Positions 1 through 7,105 of a stretch of DNA of 10,680 nt are shown piece after piece; the stretch's first letter is position 1; each line of letters starts with the position of its first letter. Made by a program: the position numbers and the translations under genes. A model generated the notes under the pieces. The model made no database searches. It was not told where the DNA came from and worked only from the letters and a program-made list of their open reading frames with translations. The stretch covers positions 1 through 10,680 of the forward strand of contig MIAN01000171.1 of NCBI GenBank assembly GCA_001829125.1. The letters run 5' to 3'. The DNA comes from Spirochaetes bacterium GWB1_27_13 (lineage in GTDB: Bacteria; Spirochaetota; GWE2-31-10; MWDO01).

Positions 1-1413
1 GAAAAATTTCCACAATTTAAAAAAATTATAGACTTAAAAAATGGTGAAATAAAATATTTTGAAAACAACAAAAAAAAATGGTGTTTTTTCAAATACTACA
101 AAGAATGGGATTGGATTGCTATTTATTCAGTATCAGATAATCTAAAAAATACAGGTGTACATAAATTTCTTTTTATCACATTGATTTCGGTTTTCATTGT
201 TATTTCTATTGGTGTTATTTGTGTGTTTTTATTCTTAAAAATAATTTTAAAACAATTAAATGAAATTACTTTAAATATGAAAGATATATCTGAAGGAAAT
301 GGAGATTTAACAAAAAAAATAGACGTTATAACAAATGATGAAATTGGAATGCTTGGCAATTATTTTAATAAATTTATTTACGAATTAAATAACATAGTTG
401 TAAAATTAAAGCAAGTTGGGCAAGAAGGTAATAATATTGGAACTAACATTGATACTGGCACAAAAAATTTGTCAGAAGAAATTTTTAATATGAATTCTGC
501 TATAAAATCAGTTTTGGAAAGGATTGAAATAATCAGTAAAGAATTAAAAAATTCGAGTCAATCTCTAACTGATATAAACAAATTTATTGGACATCTTATA
601 AAGTTAATTGATAATCAAGCAGCCTCTGTGACTCAATCATCAAGTGCTATTGAACAAATGATTTCTTCTATTAATAATATAGTAAAAGTAACAGAAGAAA
701 AAAAACTTCTATCTGATAATCTTTCTATTAAAGCAAAAAAAGGCGAAGTTGATATGACAAATACAGTTGTTTCAATAGACGAAATATCAAAATCAGCAGA
801 GATTATTTTTGATTTGATTAAGGTTATAAATAACATTGCCTCACAAACAAACCTCTTGGCAATGAACGCAAGCATAGAAGCTGCTCATGCAGGAGAATAT
901 GGCAAAGGTTTTGCGGTTGTAGCAGACGAAATTAGAAACCTTTCCGAAGCGACAAAAAATAATGCAAAAGATATATCTTCATCACTAAAAGCAATAGTTG
1001 AAAAAATAAAACAAACAGCAAACACAACTCAAAATACAGGTCACACAATAACAGAAATTATTGAAGGAATAAAAGAACTTTCTAATAGCATGAACGAAAT
1101 GCTTGCAGGTATGAAAGAAATGCTTCTTGGCTCACAACAAATAACAATTTCTCTGCAAGACCTCATTAAAATCACAGAAGATGTTAGATCATCAGGAAAA
1201 GAGATGAGTAATAAAACAAATCTAATAGAACTTTCTATAAAAAATATCTCTGATCTGGCTGGCAAAAATAAAACAGTAGTTACCGAAACCACTAACGATA
1301 TGAATGATATATCAAACTCTATCATTCTACTAAACGATTTGAGTAAATCTAACATACAAAACATAAAAGATTCTGAAAAAGAAATATCAAGATTTAAGAC
1401 TAAAGAGGTGTAA
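1..1413 (+). CDS. Methyl-accepting chemotaxis protein, 5'-partial (window starts inside the periplasmic Cache-like sensor; TM, HAMP, MCP signalling domain and C-terminus present)
   Basis: Frame 1 is open from nt 1 ([48 protein letters not shown]...), typical of the end of a Cache sensor. It runs into a hydrophobic TM ([22 protein letters not shown]) and a HAMP-like segment ([39 protein letters not shown]). The canonical MCP hairpin-tip motif follows: [36 protein letters not shown]. Stop TAA at 1411-1413. The listed ORF start at 181 is just an internal Met. Confidence 0.85.
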   Translation, partial: EKFPQFKKIIDLKNGEIKYFENNKKKWCFFKYYKEWDWIAIYSVSDNLKNTGVHKFLFITLISVFIVISIGVICVFLFLKIILKQLNEITLNMKDISEGNGDLTKKIDVITNDEIGMLGNYFNKFIYELNNIVVKLKQVGQEGNNIGTNIDTGTKNLSEEIFNMNSAIKSVLERIEIISKELKNSSQSLTDINKFIGHLIKLIDNQAASVTQSSSAIEQMISSINNIVKVTEEKKLLSDNLSIKAKKGEVDMTNTVVSIDEISKSAEIIFDLIKVINNIASQTNLLAMNASIEAAHAGEYGKGFAVVADEIRNLSEATKNNAKDISSSLKAIVEKIKQTANTTQNTGHTITEIIEGIKELSNSMNEMLAGMKEMLLGSQQITISLQDLIKITEDVRSSGKEMSNKTNLIELSIKNISDLAGKNKTVVTETTNDMNDISNSIILLNDLSKSNIQNIKDSEKEISRFKTKEV

Positions 1414-1537
1414 GAAAGGCAAATCCCACTTTTTTTATTACACATCCTTCGTGGTTTATCTGAGATTTATTTTATTAAACCAAAATTAGGGTTATTATAT
1501 GAAAAAATATCAAATTTATTCTTTAACAGTTAAAATA

Positions 1538-1566
1538 TTGACGCTGTAATTTATTTTTGATATATT
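1538..1566 (+). promoter_or_regulatory. Candidate sigma70-type promoter for the SPFH gene: -35 TTGACG (1538-1543), 17-nt spacer, extended -10 TGaTATATT (1558-1566)
   Basis: Read directly. TTGACG matches TTGACA 5/6, the spacer is 17 nt, and TATATT matches TATAAT 5/6 with an upstream TG. It lies about 35 nt upstream of a strong SD (AGGAGG, 1590-1595) and the ATG at 1601. Confidence 0.45.
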
Positions 1567-1600
1567 TAATCCCAAACCCATAAGTTTTCAGGAGGTCTCC

Positions 1601-2719
1601 ATGTTAATAAATATTCAAAAAGGCGAAATTGGTTTACTTTTTAAAGATGGTAATTATGTTAAGTTATTAGAGCCAAAAAAATACTTTTTATTCAAATTTT
1701 TGGGTTTTACTGTTAAAATACTCGATGTTAATAAGATTTTTAATGTGGAAGGCAAAAATATCAATTTGTTTTTGGAAGATAAAGAATTAATTAGCAAACT
1801 CGATCTTATTGAAGTAAAAGATAATGAATTATATCTTCATTTTGAAGATGATAAATTTAAAGAAATTTATAGAGTTGGTAAATATGCTTTTTGGAATATT
1901 CTCAAAAAAAATACTTTTATTAAAATAGATTTGAATAACCCTGAGATACCAGATAATATTGATGATTCTATCTTAAAAAATCCAAAACTTTCCACTCTGA
2001 TTTGTTCTTATGAAATTTTACCTTATCAAGAGGGGCTTTTGTTTTTTAATGGGGTTTATCAGAGGACATTAAAATCTGGGCGATATTATTTTTGGAATGT
2101 TATTAAATCTGTTACTGCAAATATAATTGATTTGAGGCAACTACAACTTGATATTGCTGGTCAAGAAATTATGACAGAAGACAAGATTACTCTGAGGTTG
2201 AATTTTGTTTGTCATTATAAAATAAAAGATTCTTTAAAAGCGATACTTACAATAAAAAATTACGAAGAACAAATTTATATTTTATTACAGCTTATCCTAC
2301 GTGAATATGTTGGCACTCTAAAACTCGATGATTTGCTAAAGAAAAAAGAAGAAATCGGAGAATATATCCTAAGAAAATTAATAGAAAAATCAGAAAGCCT
2401 TGGTATTGAGTTTTTATTTGCAGGACTTAAAGATGTTATTTTACCCGGAGAAATTAAAGACATACTAAACACTGTACTAATTGCAGAAAAAAAAGCACAG
2501 GCTAATATAATTACAAGAAGAGAAGAAATTGCCTCAACTCGCAGCCTTTTAAATACAGCAAAACTCCTCGATGAAAACAAAACACTGTATAGGCTTAAAG
2601 AGTTGGAATATCTTGAGAAAATATGTGATAAAATAGGCAATATCTCTTTACTCGGCGGAGGAAGCTTAATAGAACACCTAAACTCGTTATTATCAAGCCC
2701 AGAAAGGGATAAAAAATAA
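1601..2719 (+). CDS. SPFH/band-7 (stomatin/prohibitin/flotillin/HflK-C) domain protein, soluble (no TM), with a duplicated N-terminal beta-module
   Basis: Residues ~140-340 fit the SPFH pattern: YQEGLLFFNGVYQRTLKSGRYYFWNV...DLRQLQLDIAGQEIMTEDKITLRLNFVCHYKIKD...KNYEEQIYILLQLILREYVGTLKLDDLLKKKEEIGEYILRKLIEKSESLGIEFLFAGLKDVILPGEIKDILNTVLIAEKKAQANIITRREEIASTR. Compare G-RGVVxRFGK...LxPGLHFxxPF...VDLRxQxxDVxxQEVxTKDNVxVxVD...NYxxAIxxLAQTTLRxVIGxxxLDELLxxRExI...GIxVxxVxIKDIxxPxEVxxAMxxQxxAEREKRA. A C-terminal helical tail follows. Strong SD AGGAGG 5 nt before the ATG. No hydrophobic TM anywhere in the protein. Confidence 0.8.
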   Translation: MLINIQKGEIGLLFKDGNYVKLLEPKKYFLFKFLGFTVKILDVNKIFNVEGKNINLFLEDKELISKLDLIEVKDNELYLHFEDDKFKEIYRVGKYAFWNILKKNTFIKIDLNNPEIPDNIDDSILKNPKLSTLICSYEILPYQEGLLFFNGVYQRTLKSGRYYFWNVIKSVTANIIDLRQLQLDIAGQEIMTEDKITLRLNFVCHYKIKDSLKAILTIKNYEEQIYILLQLILREYVGTLKLDDLLKKKEEIGEYILRKLIEKSESLGIEFLFAGLKDVILPGEIKDILNTVLIAEKKAQANIITRREEIASTRSLLNTAKLLDENKTLYRLKELEYLEKICDKIGNISLLGGGSLIEHLNSLLSSPERDKK

Positions 2720-2753
2720 AATATTTTACAAAATTACAAATATAACTATGTTG

Positions 2754-2770
2754 AGTTTGAAAAGTTTGAC
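2754..2770 (+). promoter_or_regulatory. Direct repeat AGTTTGA-aa-AGTTTGAC (reverse complement GTCAAActtTTCAAAct), a CtsR-operator-like heptad repeat with 9-bp periodicity
   Basis: Seen in sequence about 215-230 nt upstream of mcsA. The CtsR consensus is RGTCAAAnAnRGTCAAA (heptads 10 bp apart). Here GTCAAA and TTCAAA are 9 bp apart on the minus strand. Resemblance only. Confidence 0.2.
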
Positions 2771-2864
2771 GTGGTTATATTATGTTTAAAAAGCATTTTT
2801 AAAATCTAAAACTTCATCTATATCAATATTAATATTCAACTCTAATGTAAAACAAGTTGCCTAT

Positions 2865-2893
2865 TTGCGTTTTTTTTTGTATTATATATATAA
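2865..2893 (+). promoter_or_regulatory. Candidate promoter for the mcsA-mcsB-clpC operon: -35 TTGCGT (2865-2870), ~17-nt T-rich spacer, -10 within TATATATAAC (2885-2894)
   Basis: Read by eye in a 263-nt AT-rich intergenic region. Several alternative -10 registers are possible (TATATA, ATATAA, TATAAC). A tandem TGTAATTGTAAT (2936-2947) closer to the ATG is another -10 candidate. Confidence 0.25.
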
Positions 2894-2982
2894 CACAGAT
2901 TTTTTTATTATTACAAGTTATATCTAAATAAAATGTGTAATTGTAATAAGAGTATAAAAAATTTAACAATTAAGGAAATAAG

Positions 2983-3489
2983 ATGAAATGTGATTTTTGT
3001 GGCAAGAGGAATGCGTCTATTCGTATAGAAGAAATTGCGAATAATAAATTGAGAGAGATAAATCTTTGTCCAAGATGTGCAAAAATAAATGGTTTTGATG
3101 CAAATACTAATAGAATGAATGATATGTTTGCTGATTTTTTGGAAAATGTTTTTGCTGATAATATGGGGATAAAATATTCTCTAAAATGTCCTAATTGCGG
3201 CAAATCGTTTAGCGAAATCTCAAAAACAGAAAAAGTTGGTTGCCCAGATTGTTACCCTACTTTTAAAAAATATTTGGAAATTATAATTGCCGAAAATAAT
3301 AATTCGATTATGTATAAAGGGAAACTTCCATCCCATGTAAATAAATTTAGAGAAAGAAAAAACAAACTTGAAGAACTCAAAGTAAACCTAAACCAATGCC
3401 TTCAAACAGAAGATTTTGTAGGGGCTGCGGCTATTAGAGATGAGATCAAAAAGATGGAAGATAATTTCACAAGGAAGCGTAATGGTTAA
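2983..3489 (+). CDS. mcsA: McsA (activator/partner of protein-arginine kinase McsB): N-terminal zinc-finger CxxC pairs plus C-terminal UVR motif
   Basis: MKCDFCGKRNASIRIEE...NLCPRCAKING (CxxC...CxxC); second finger LKCPNCGKSF...VGCPDCYPTFKKY; C-terminal UVR-like helix EDFVGAAAIRDEIKKME. This layout matches Bacillus McsA. SD AAGGAA 6 nt before the ATG. Stop TAA at 3487-3489. Confidence 0.85.
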   Translation: MKCDFCGKRNASIRIEEIANNKLREINLCPRCAKINGFDANTNRMNDMFADFLENVFADNMGIKYSLKCPNCGKSFSEISKTEKVGCPDCYPTFKKYLEIIIAENNNSIMYKGKLPSHVNKFRERKNKLEELKVNLNQCLQTEDFVGAAAIRDEIKKMEDNFTRKRNG

Positions 3490-4480
3490 GCTTAGAGAAA
3501 ATGTTTTATCGTATAAACCGATCCTTTCTTCTAAGGTAAGAATTGTAAGAAATATTAAAGATTTGCCTTTTGTTGATAACCTAAACTTTTCTGAAAAAAG
3601 AGAAATAGAAGAAATGGTAATCAATTTTGCAAAAAAATTTAATGTTAAAGTCTATGAAATAAATAGCCTTACCGAAAATCAAAAAAGATTCTTTATAGAG
3701 AAGAGCATAGAAAAAAAAGACTTTTTTTATAAAAAAGAAGGTAAATTTATATATTTTCCAGATGACGATGTTTATTTATTGATAAACTCAAAAGAACACC
3801 TCAAATTTGTTAATATTAGTTATGAAGGTAACCTAAAATCTCAATATGAGGCTATAAGTAAGATAGAAAATCTGCTTTCTACAAACTTTAAATTTGCTGC
3901 AAATCAGAAATTTGGTTATCTTACTCAAGAGATTAAAAATTGTGGGCTTGGATTAAAGTTTTCTTTTTTGGTGCATACACCTGGTCTTATTTTCCAAAAA
4001 AAAACAAAAGAGACGTTTGAGGATTTGGCGACCAAAGGGTATTACATAGAAAAATATCTTAGTTCTGAAGAAAGTTATTATTACATAATTTCATCAAATT
4101 TGAATTTTGGTGTGTCAGAAGAAAATTTAATTGATAGATTTATAGAAGGGGTTAATTATATTTTGGATGTCGAAAATAAAAATTTATTTAATTATTACAA
4201 TAATTATAAAGATTTTATTGACGATATTATTTTTAGAAGTTATGGAATACTAAAATATTCAAAGAAAATAACAGAAAACGAAGCTTTAATACACATTTCT
4301 AATTTATTAATTGGATTTCAGCTAAATTTACCTTTAGAATCTTTTCCTGATAATATCAATAAATTAATATCTGAGGTTAGAGAAGGAAATATTCGTATAA
4401 ATGCAGAAAAAGAAAACATAGATAGTGAAGTGTTGAGATCAAACATTGTAAAAAAATATCTATTCACAGGAGAAAAATAA
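3482..4480 (+). CDS. mcsB: McsB-like protein (phosphagen/ATP:guanido phosphotransferase fold, protein-arginine kinase family); the active site appears divergent
   Basis: Start chosen at ATG 3482 (MVKLRENVLSYKPILSSKVRIVRNIKDLPF...), preceded by SD AGGAAG (3472-3477); it overlaps the mcsA stop by 8 nt (ATGGTTAA). An alternative in-frame ATG at 3440 has no SD and overlaps mcsA by 50 nt. Similar to B. subtilis McsB in IVLSSRIRLARNF, and in the phosphagen-kinase core QKFGYLTQEIKNCGLGLKFSFLVHTPGL versus [28 protein letters not shown]. Gene position between mcsA and clpC supports the call. Confidence 0.75.
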   Translation: MVKLRENVLSYKPILSSKVRIVRNIKDLPFVDNLNFSEKREIEEMVINFAKKFNVKVYEINSLTENQKRFFIEKSIEKKDFFYKKEGKFIYFPDDDVYLLINSKEHLKFVNISYEGNLKSQYEAISKIENLLSTNFKFAANQKFGYLTQEIKNCGLGLKFSFLVHTPGLIFQKKTKETFEDLATKGYYIEKYLSSEESYYYIISSNLNFGVSEENLIDRFIEGVNYILDVENKNLFNYYNNYKDFIDDIIFRSYGILKYSKKITENEALIHISNLLIGFQLNLPLESFPDNINKLISEVREGNIRINAEKENIDSEVLRSNIVKKYLFTGEK

Positions 4481-4481
4481 T

Positions 4482-6962
4482 ATGTTTAATAGAGGATTTA
4501 CGGCAAGAGCAAACAGAGTCCTTAAAGTACTTGCACAAGAAGAAGCAAAAAGATTTAATTCAGATAGATTATTACCAGAACACATAATAATTGCAATATT
4601 AAGAGAAGAAGAAGGCGTTGCAGTAAAAACCCTCTCATTACTCGGCGTTGATACACAAGAACTCATTACAGATATGTCCGAATACCTCGAAAGACGAGAT
4701 GGTCCGATTTATCTTGGAGATGTTATGCCTTCTGGTGAAGTCCAAAGGATGATAGAAATTGGGGCAGAAGAAGCAAAGAATATGGGTTATAGTTACATAG
4801 GGACAGAGCATCTTTTACTTGCTTCTATGCTTGACCCAAGCTCAATTGTTGCTCAAGTTTTGGAAGAACATAATGTTACAATCCATAAATTTAGAGAAGG
4901 TATTGTTAAAGTTATTGGGTTTGGTAGAATTTCTACAAAAAAAGAGTTGCCAAAAAAAACTCCTACACTTGATGAGTTTGGTAGAGACCTAACAGTTTTG
5001 GCACGCAAAGGAAAACTTGACAAAGTTATAGGTAGAGATTTAGAAATAGAAAGAGTCTTACAAATTCTTTCGAGAAGGACAAAAAATAATCCAATTTTAA
5101 TAGGAGAGCCTGGAGTCGGAAAAACTGCGATTGTAGAAGGGCTTGCTCAAAAAATTATCAATAACACTGTCCCAGATGCTTTGTCTGACAAACGAGTAAT
5201 TACTCTTGATTTGGCACAAGTTGTTGCTGGTACAAAATATAGAGGTGAGTTTGAAGAGCGACTCAAAAGAATAATTAGAGAAATACATGAGGCTCAAGAT
5301 ATTATTATTTTTATCGACGAGTTACATACAATAATTGGTGCTGGGGCTGCAGAAGGTGCAATAGATGCGTCAAACATTCTAAAACCTGCTTTATCAAGAG
5401 GTGAAATACAGTGCATTGGAGCAACGACTCTTGACGAGTATAAAAAATATATAGAAAAAGACGCTGCTTTAGAAAGAAGATTTCAGACTATATTTGTTGA
5501 TGAGCCTACGGTTGAAGAGACGATTAGCATACTAAACGGGGTTAAATATCTCTACGAAAGCCATCACGATGTTATTTATTCTGAAAAAGCAATTGAAACA
5601 GCGGCTTTTTTAAGTCATAGGTATATTTCTGATAGATTTTTACCAGATAAAGCGATTGATTTAGTGGATGAGGCTGGGGCTCGGATTAAACTAAAAAAAT
5701 CGATAAAACCAAAAGAATTGACAGACATAGAAAGACAAATAGAAATATTAATTAATAAAAAAAATAAATTTATAAAAGAACAACTTTTTGAAGAATGCGA
5801 AGAAATTAAAAAAGAAATTCAAGAGTTAGTCAACAAAAAAGAAAGTTTTATGCTTTCATTGCAAAAAACAGGGTTAAAAGAAAAATTTGTTATAACAGAA
5901 AACGATATTTTAGAAATAATTTCTTCGATAACAAAGATTCCTTTGTCTAAAATTGCACAAAGCGAATCCACAAAATTACTCAAGATGGAAGAAGAACTAC
6001 GAAGAAAAGTTATTGGACAAGAAGAGGCTATAAATGCAGTCTCATCATCAGTTAGAAGATCGCGTGCTGGACTTTCTTCCAAAAATAGACCGCTTGGTTC
6101 TTTTATATTTTTGGGACCTACTGGCGTTGGTAAAACAGAACTTGCAAAATCTTTGGCAGAATTTATTTTTGGCAATAGAGAAGCGTTAGTTAGGATTGAT
6201 ATGTCCGACTTTATGGAAAAACACAATGTTTCAAGGCTCGTTGGAGCTCCTCCTGGTTATATTGGCTACGATGAAGGCGGACATTTAACAGAAAAAATAA
6301 GAAGAAAACCATATTCTGTTATCTTACTTGATGAAATTGAGAAAGCACATCCAGATGTTTTTAATATTCTCCTGCAAGTGTTAGAAGAGGGCGAATTATC
6401 CGATAATCTGGGACATACGGTTTCTTTTAGGAATACAATTATCATTATGACAAGTAATGTTGGTGCAAGACAAATAACTAAAGAAAATGCAGTTGGTTTT
6501 GCAGTTGAAGAACGCGAACTTGTATATAAAGAAATGAAAGCCTCTGCAATGTCAGAGTTAAAAAGAGTTTTTAATCCAGAATTTTTAAATAGAATTGATG
6601 AAATCGTAGTATTCCACGCATTAACAAAAGAAAATCTACGAAGAATTATTGATATTATGTTTATAGAAATACAAGAGAATGTAAAAGATAAAAATCTAAC
6701 AATTTCACTCTCAGATAATGCAAAAAATTACATTATAGAAAAAGATTATGACAAAAAATTTGGAGCAAGACCTCTTAGAAGAGCATTACAAAAAGAAATC
6801 TCTGATCCTATGGCTGTTGAGATACTAAGTGGAAGATTTAAAGATGGAGACCACATTATACTCGATGTCGAAGCAGAAGAAATAATTTTTAAGGTAGAAA
6901 ATGAAATACCAAAAGAAATTTTGGATGACGAAAAAACTGAGATGTTAGCGGAGAAAAACTAA
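4482..6962 (+). CDS. clpC: ATP-dependent Clp protease ATP-binding subunit ClpC (class III heat-shock unfoldase): two Clp_N repeats, AAA+ D1, UVR/M-domain, AAA+ D2
   Basis: N-terminal Clp_N repeats ([21 protein letters not shown]...; [20 protein letters not shown]). D1 Walker A GEPGVGKT and Walker B IIFIDELH. Middle coiled-coil/UVR-like region ([42 protein letters not shown]). D2 Walker [13 protein letters not shown] and Walker [26 protein letters not shown], sensor-2 GARPLRR. SD AGGAGA before ATG 4482; 1-nt gap after the mcsB stop. 826 aa. Confidence 0.95.
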   Translation: MFNRGFTARANRVLKVLAQEEAKRFNSDRLLPEHIIIAILREEEGVAVKTLSLLGVDTQELITDMSEYLERRDGPIYLGDVMPSGEVQRMIEIGAEEAKNMGYSYIGTEHLLLASMLDPSSIVAQVLEEHNVTIHKFREGIVKVIGFGRISTKKELPKKTPTLDEFGRDLTVLARKGKLDKVIGRDLEIERVLQILSRRTKNNPILIGEPGVGKTAIVEGLAQKIINNTVPDALSDKRVITLDLAQVVAGTKYRGEFEERLKRIIREIHEAQDIIIFIDELHTIIGAGAAEGAIDASNILKPALSRGEIQCIGATTLDEYKKYIEKDAALERRFQTIFVDEPTVEETISILNGVKYLYESHHDVIYSEKAIETAAFLSHRYISDRFLPDKAIDLVDEAGARIKLKKSIKPKELTDIERQIEILINKKNKFIKEQLFEECEEIKKEIQELVNKKESFMLSLQKTGLKEKFVITENDILEIISSITKIPLSKIAQSESTKLLKMEEELRRKVIGQEEAINAVSSSVRRSRAGLSSKNRPLGSFIFLGPTGVGKTELAKSLAEFIFGNREALVRIDMSDFMEKHNVSRLVGAPPGYIGYDEGGHLTEKIRRKPYSVILLDEIEKAHPDVFNILLQVLEEGELSDNLGHTVSFRNTIIIMTSNVGARQITKENAVGFAVEERELVYKEMKASAMSELKRVFNPEFLNRIDEIVVFHALTKENLRRIIDIMFIEIQENVKDKNLTISLSDNAKNYIIEKDYDKKFGARPLRRALQKEISDPMAVEILSGRFKDGDHIILDVEAEEIIFKVENEIPKEILDDEKTEMLAEKN

Positions 6963-7041
6963 TTGGGATTGTATTTTAAAACACTAATTTTTACTTAAAT
7001 ATTTAACTAAATAGTTATCTGTTTGTTAATATTTATCTCCA

Positions 7042-7086
7042 TTCTCTTTTCTTTCTCTTTTTCCTAAAAAGAGAAAGAAAAGAGAA
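7042..7086. repeat. Perfect 21-bp inverted repeat (hairpin) of polypyrimidine/polypurine composition with a 3-nt loop: TTCTCTTTTCTTTCTCTTTTT-CCT-AAAAAGAGAAAGAAAAGAGAA
   Basis: Read directly. Left arm 7042-7062, loop 7063-7065, right arm 7066-7086; the arms are exact reverse complements. It lies 80 nt after the clpC stop and 20 nt before the glycosyltransferase ATG. No U/T run follows on either strand, so it is not a canonical intrinsic terminator. A purine-only tract continues from 7066 to 7106, with a single C at 7088. Confidence 0.8.
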
Positions 7087-7105
7087 GCAGAAAAGAAAGA
7101 GAAAA

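Noticed and set aside
123-359. Minus-strand 78-aa ORF overlapping the MCP gene, together with the other minus-strand ORFs listed at 633..875, 1041..1445, 2275..2640, 2970..3203, 3388..3624, 4460..4666, 5097..5297, 5819..6226, 7534..7722, 7984..8211
   Set aside because: All lie antisense inside well-supported longer genes (MCP, SPFH, mcsA, mcsB, clpC, GT39). They have low-complexity I/F/S/K-rich translations typical of AT-rich antisense frames, and no SD or promoter context.
1408-1450. Looked for an intrinsic terminator after the MCP stop (T-run CACTTTTTTTATT at ~1430-1442)
   Set aside because: The sequence preceding the T-run (GGCAAATCCCAC) is not self-complementary. Only a 6-bp GTGTAA/TTACAC pairing with a 25-nt loop exists. 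Not a credible hairpin.
1499-1549. 16-codon mini-ORF (MKKYQIYSLTVKILTL) in the MCP-SPFH spacer, and a 13-codon mini-ORF (MLSLKSLTWLYYV) at 2749-2790 overlapping the CtsR-like repeat
   Set aside because: No convincing SD, and such short ORFs are expected by chance. The first overlaps the predicted -35 of the SPFH promoter. Leader-peptide attenuation cannot be excluded, but nothing supports it.
2717-2728. AT-only palindromes such as TAAAATATTTTA (2717-2728) and TTTTTAAAAA (8668-8677)
   Set aside because: Pure A/T palindromes of this length are expected by chance in ~28% GC DNA and would form negligible secondary structure.
2720-2982. Searched the mcsA upstream region for a CIRCE element (TTAGCACTC-N9-GAGTGCTAA) as alternative heat-shock control
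   Set aside because: No CIRCE-like inverted repeat is present.
3440-3481. Longer mcsB ORF starting at ATG 3440
   Set aside because: No Shine-Dalgarno, a 50-nt overlap with mcsA, and the added residues do not resemble McsB N-termini. ATG 3482 has AGGAAG at optimal spacing. Kept as an alternative, not excluded.
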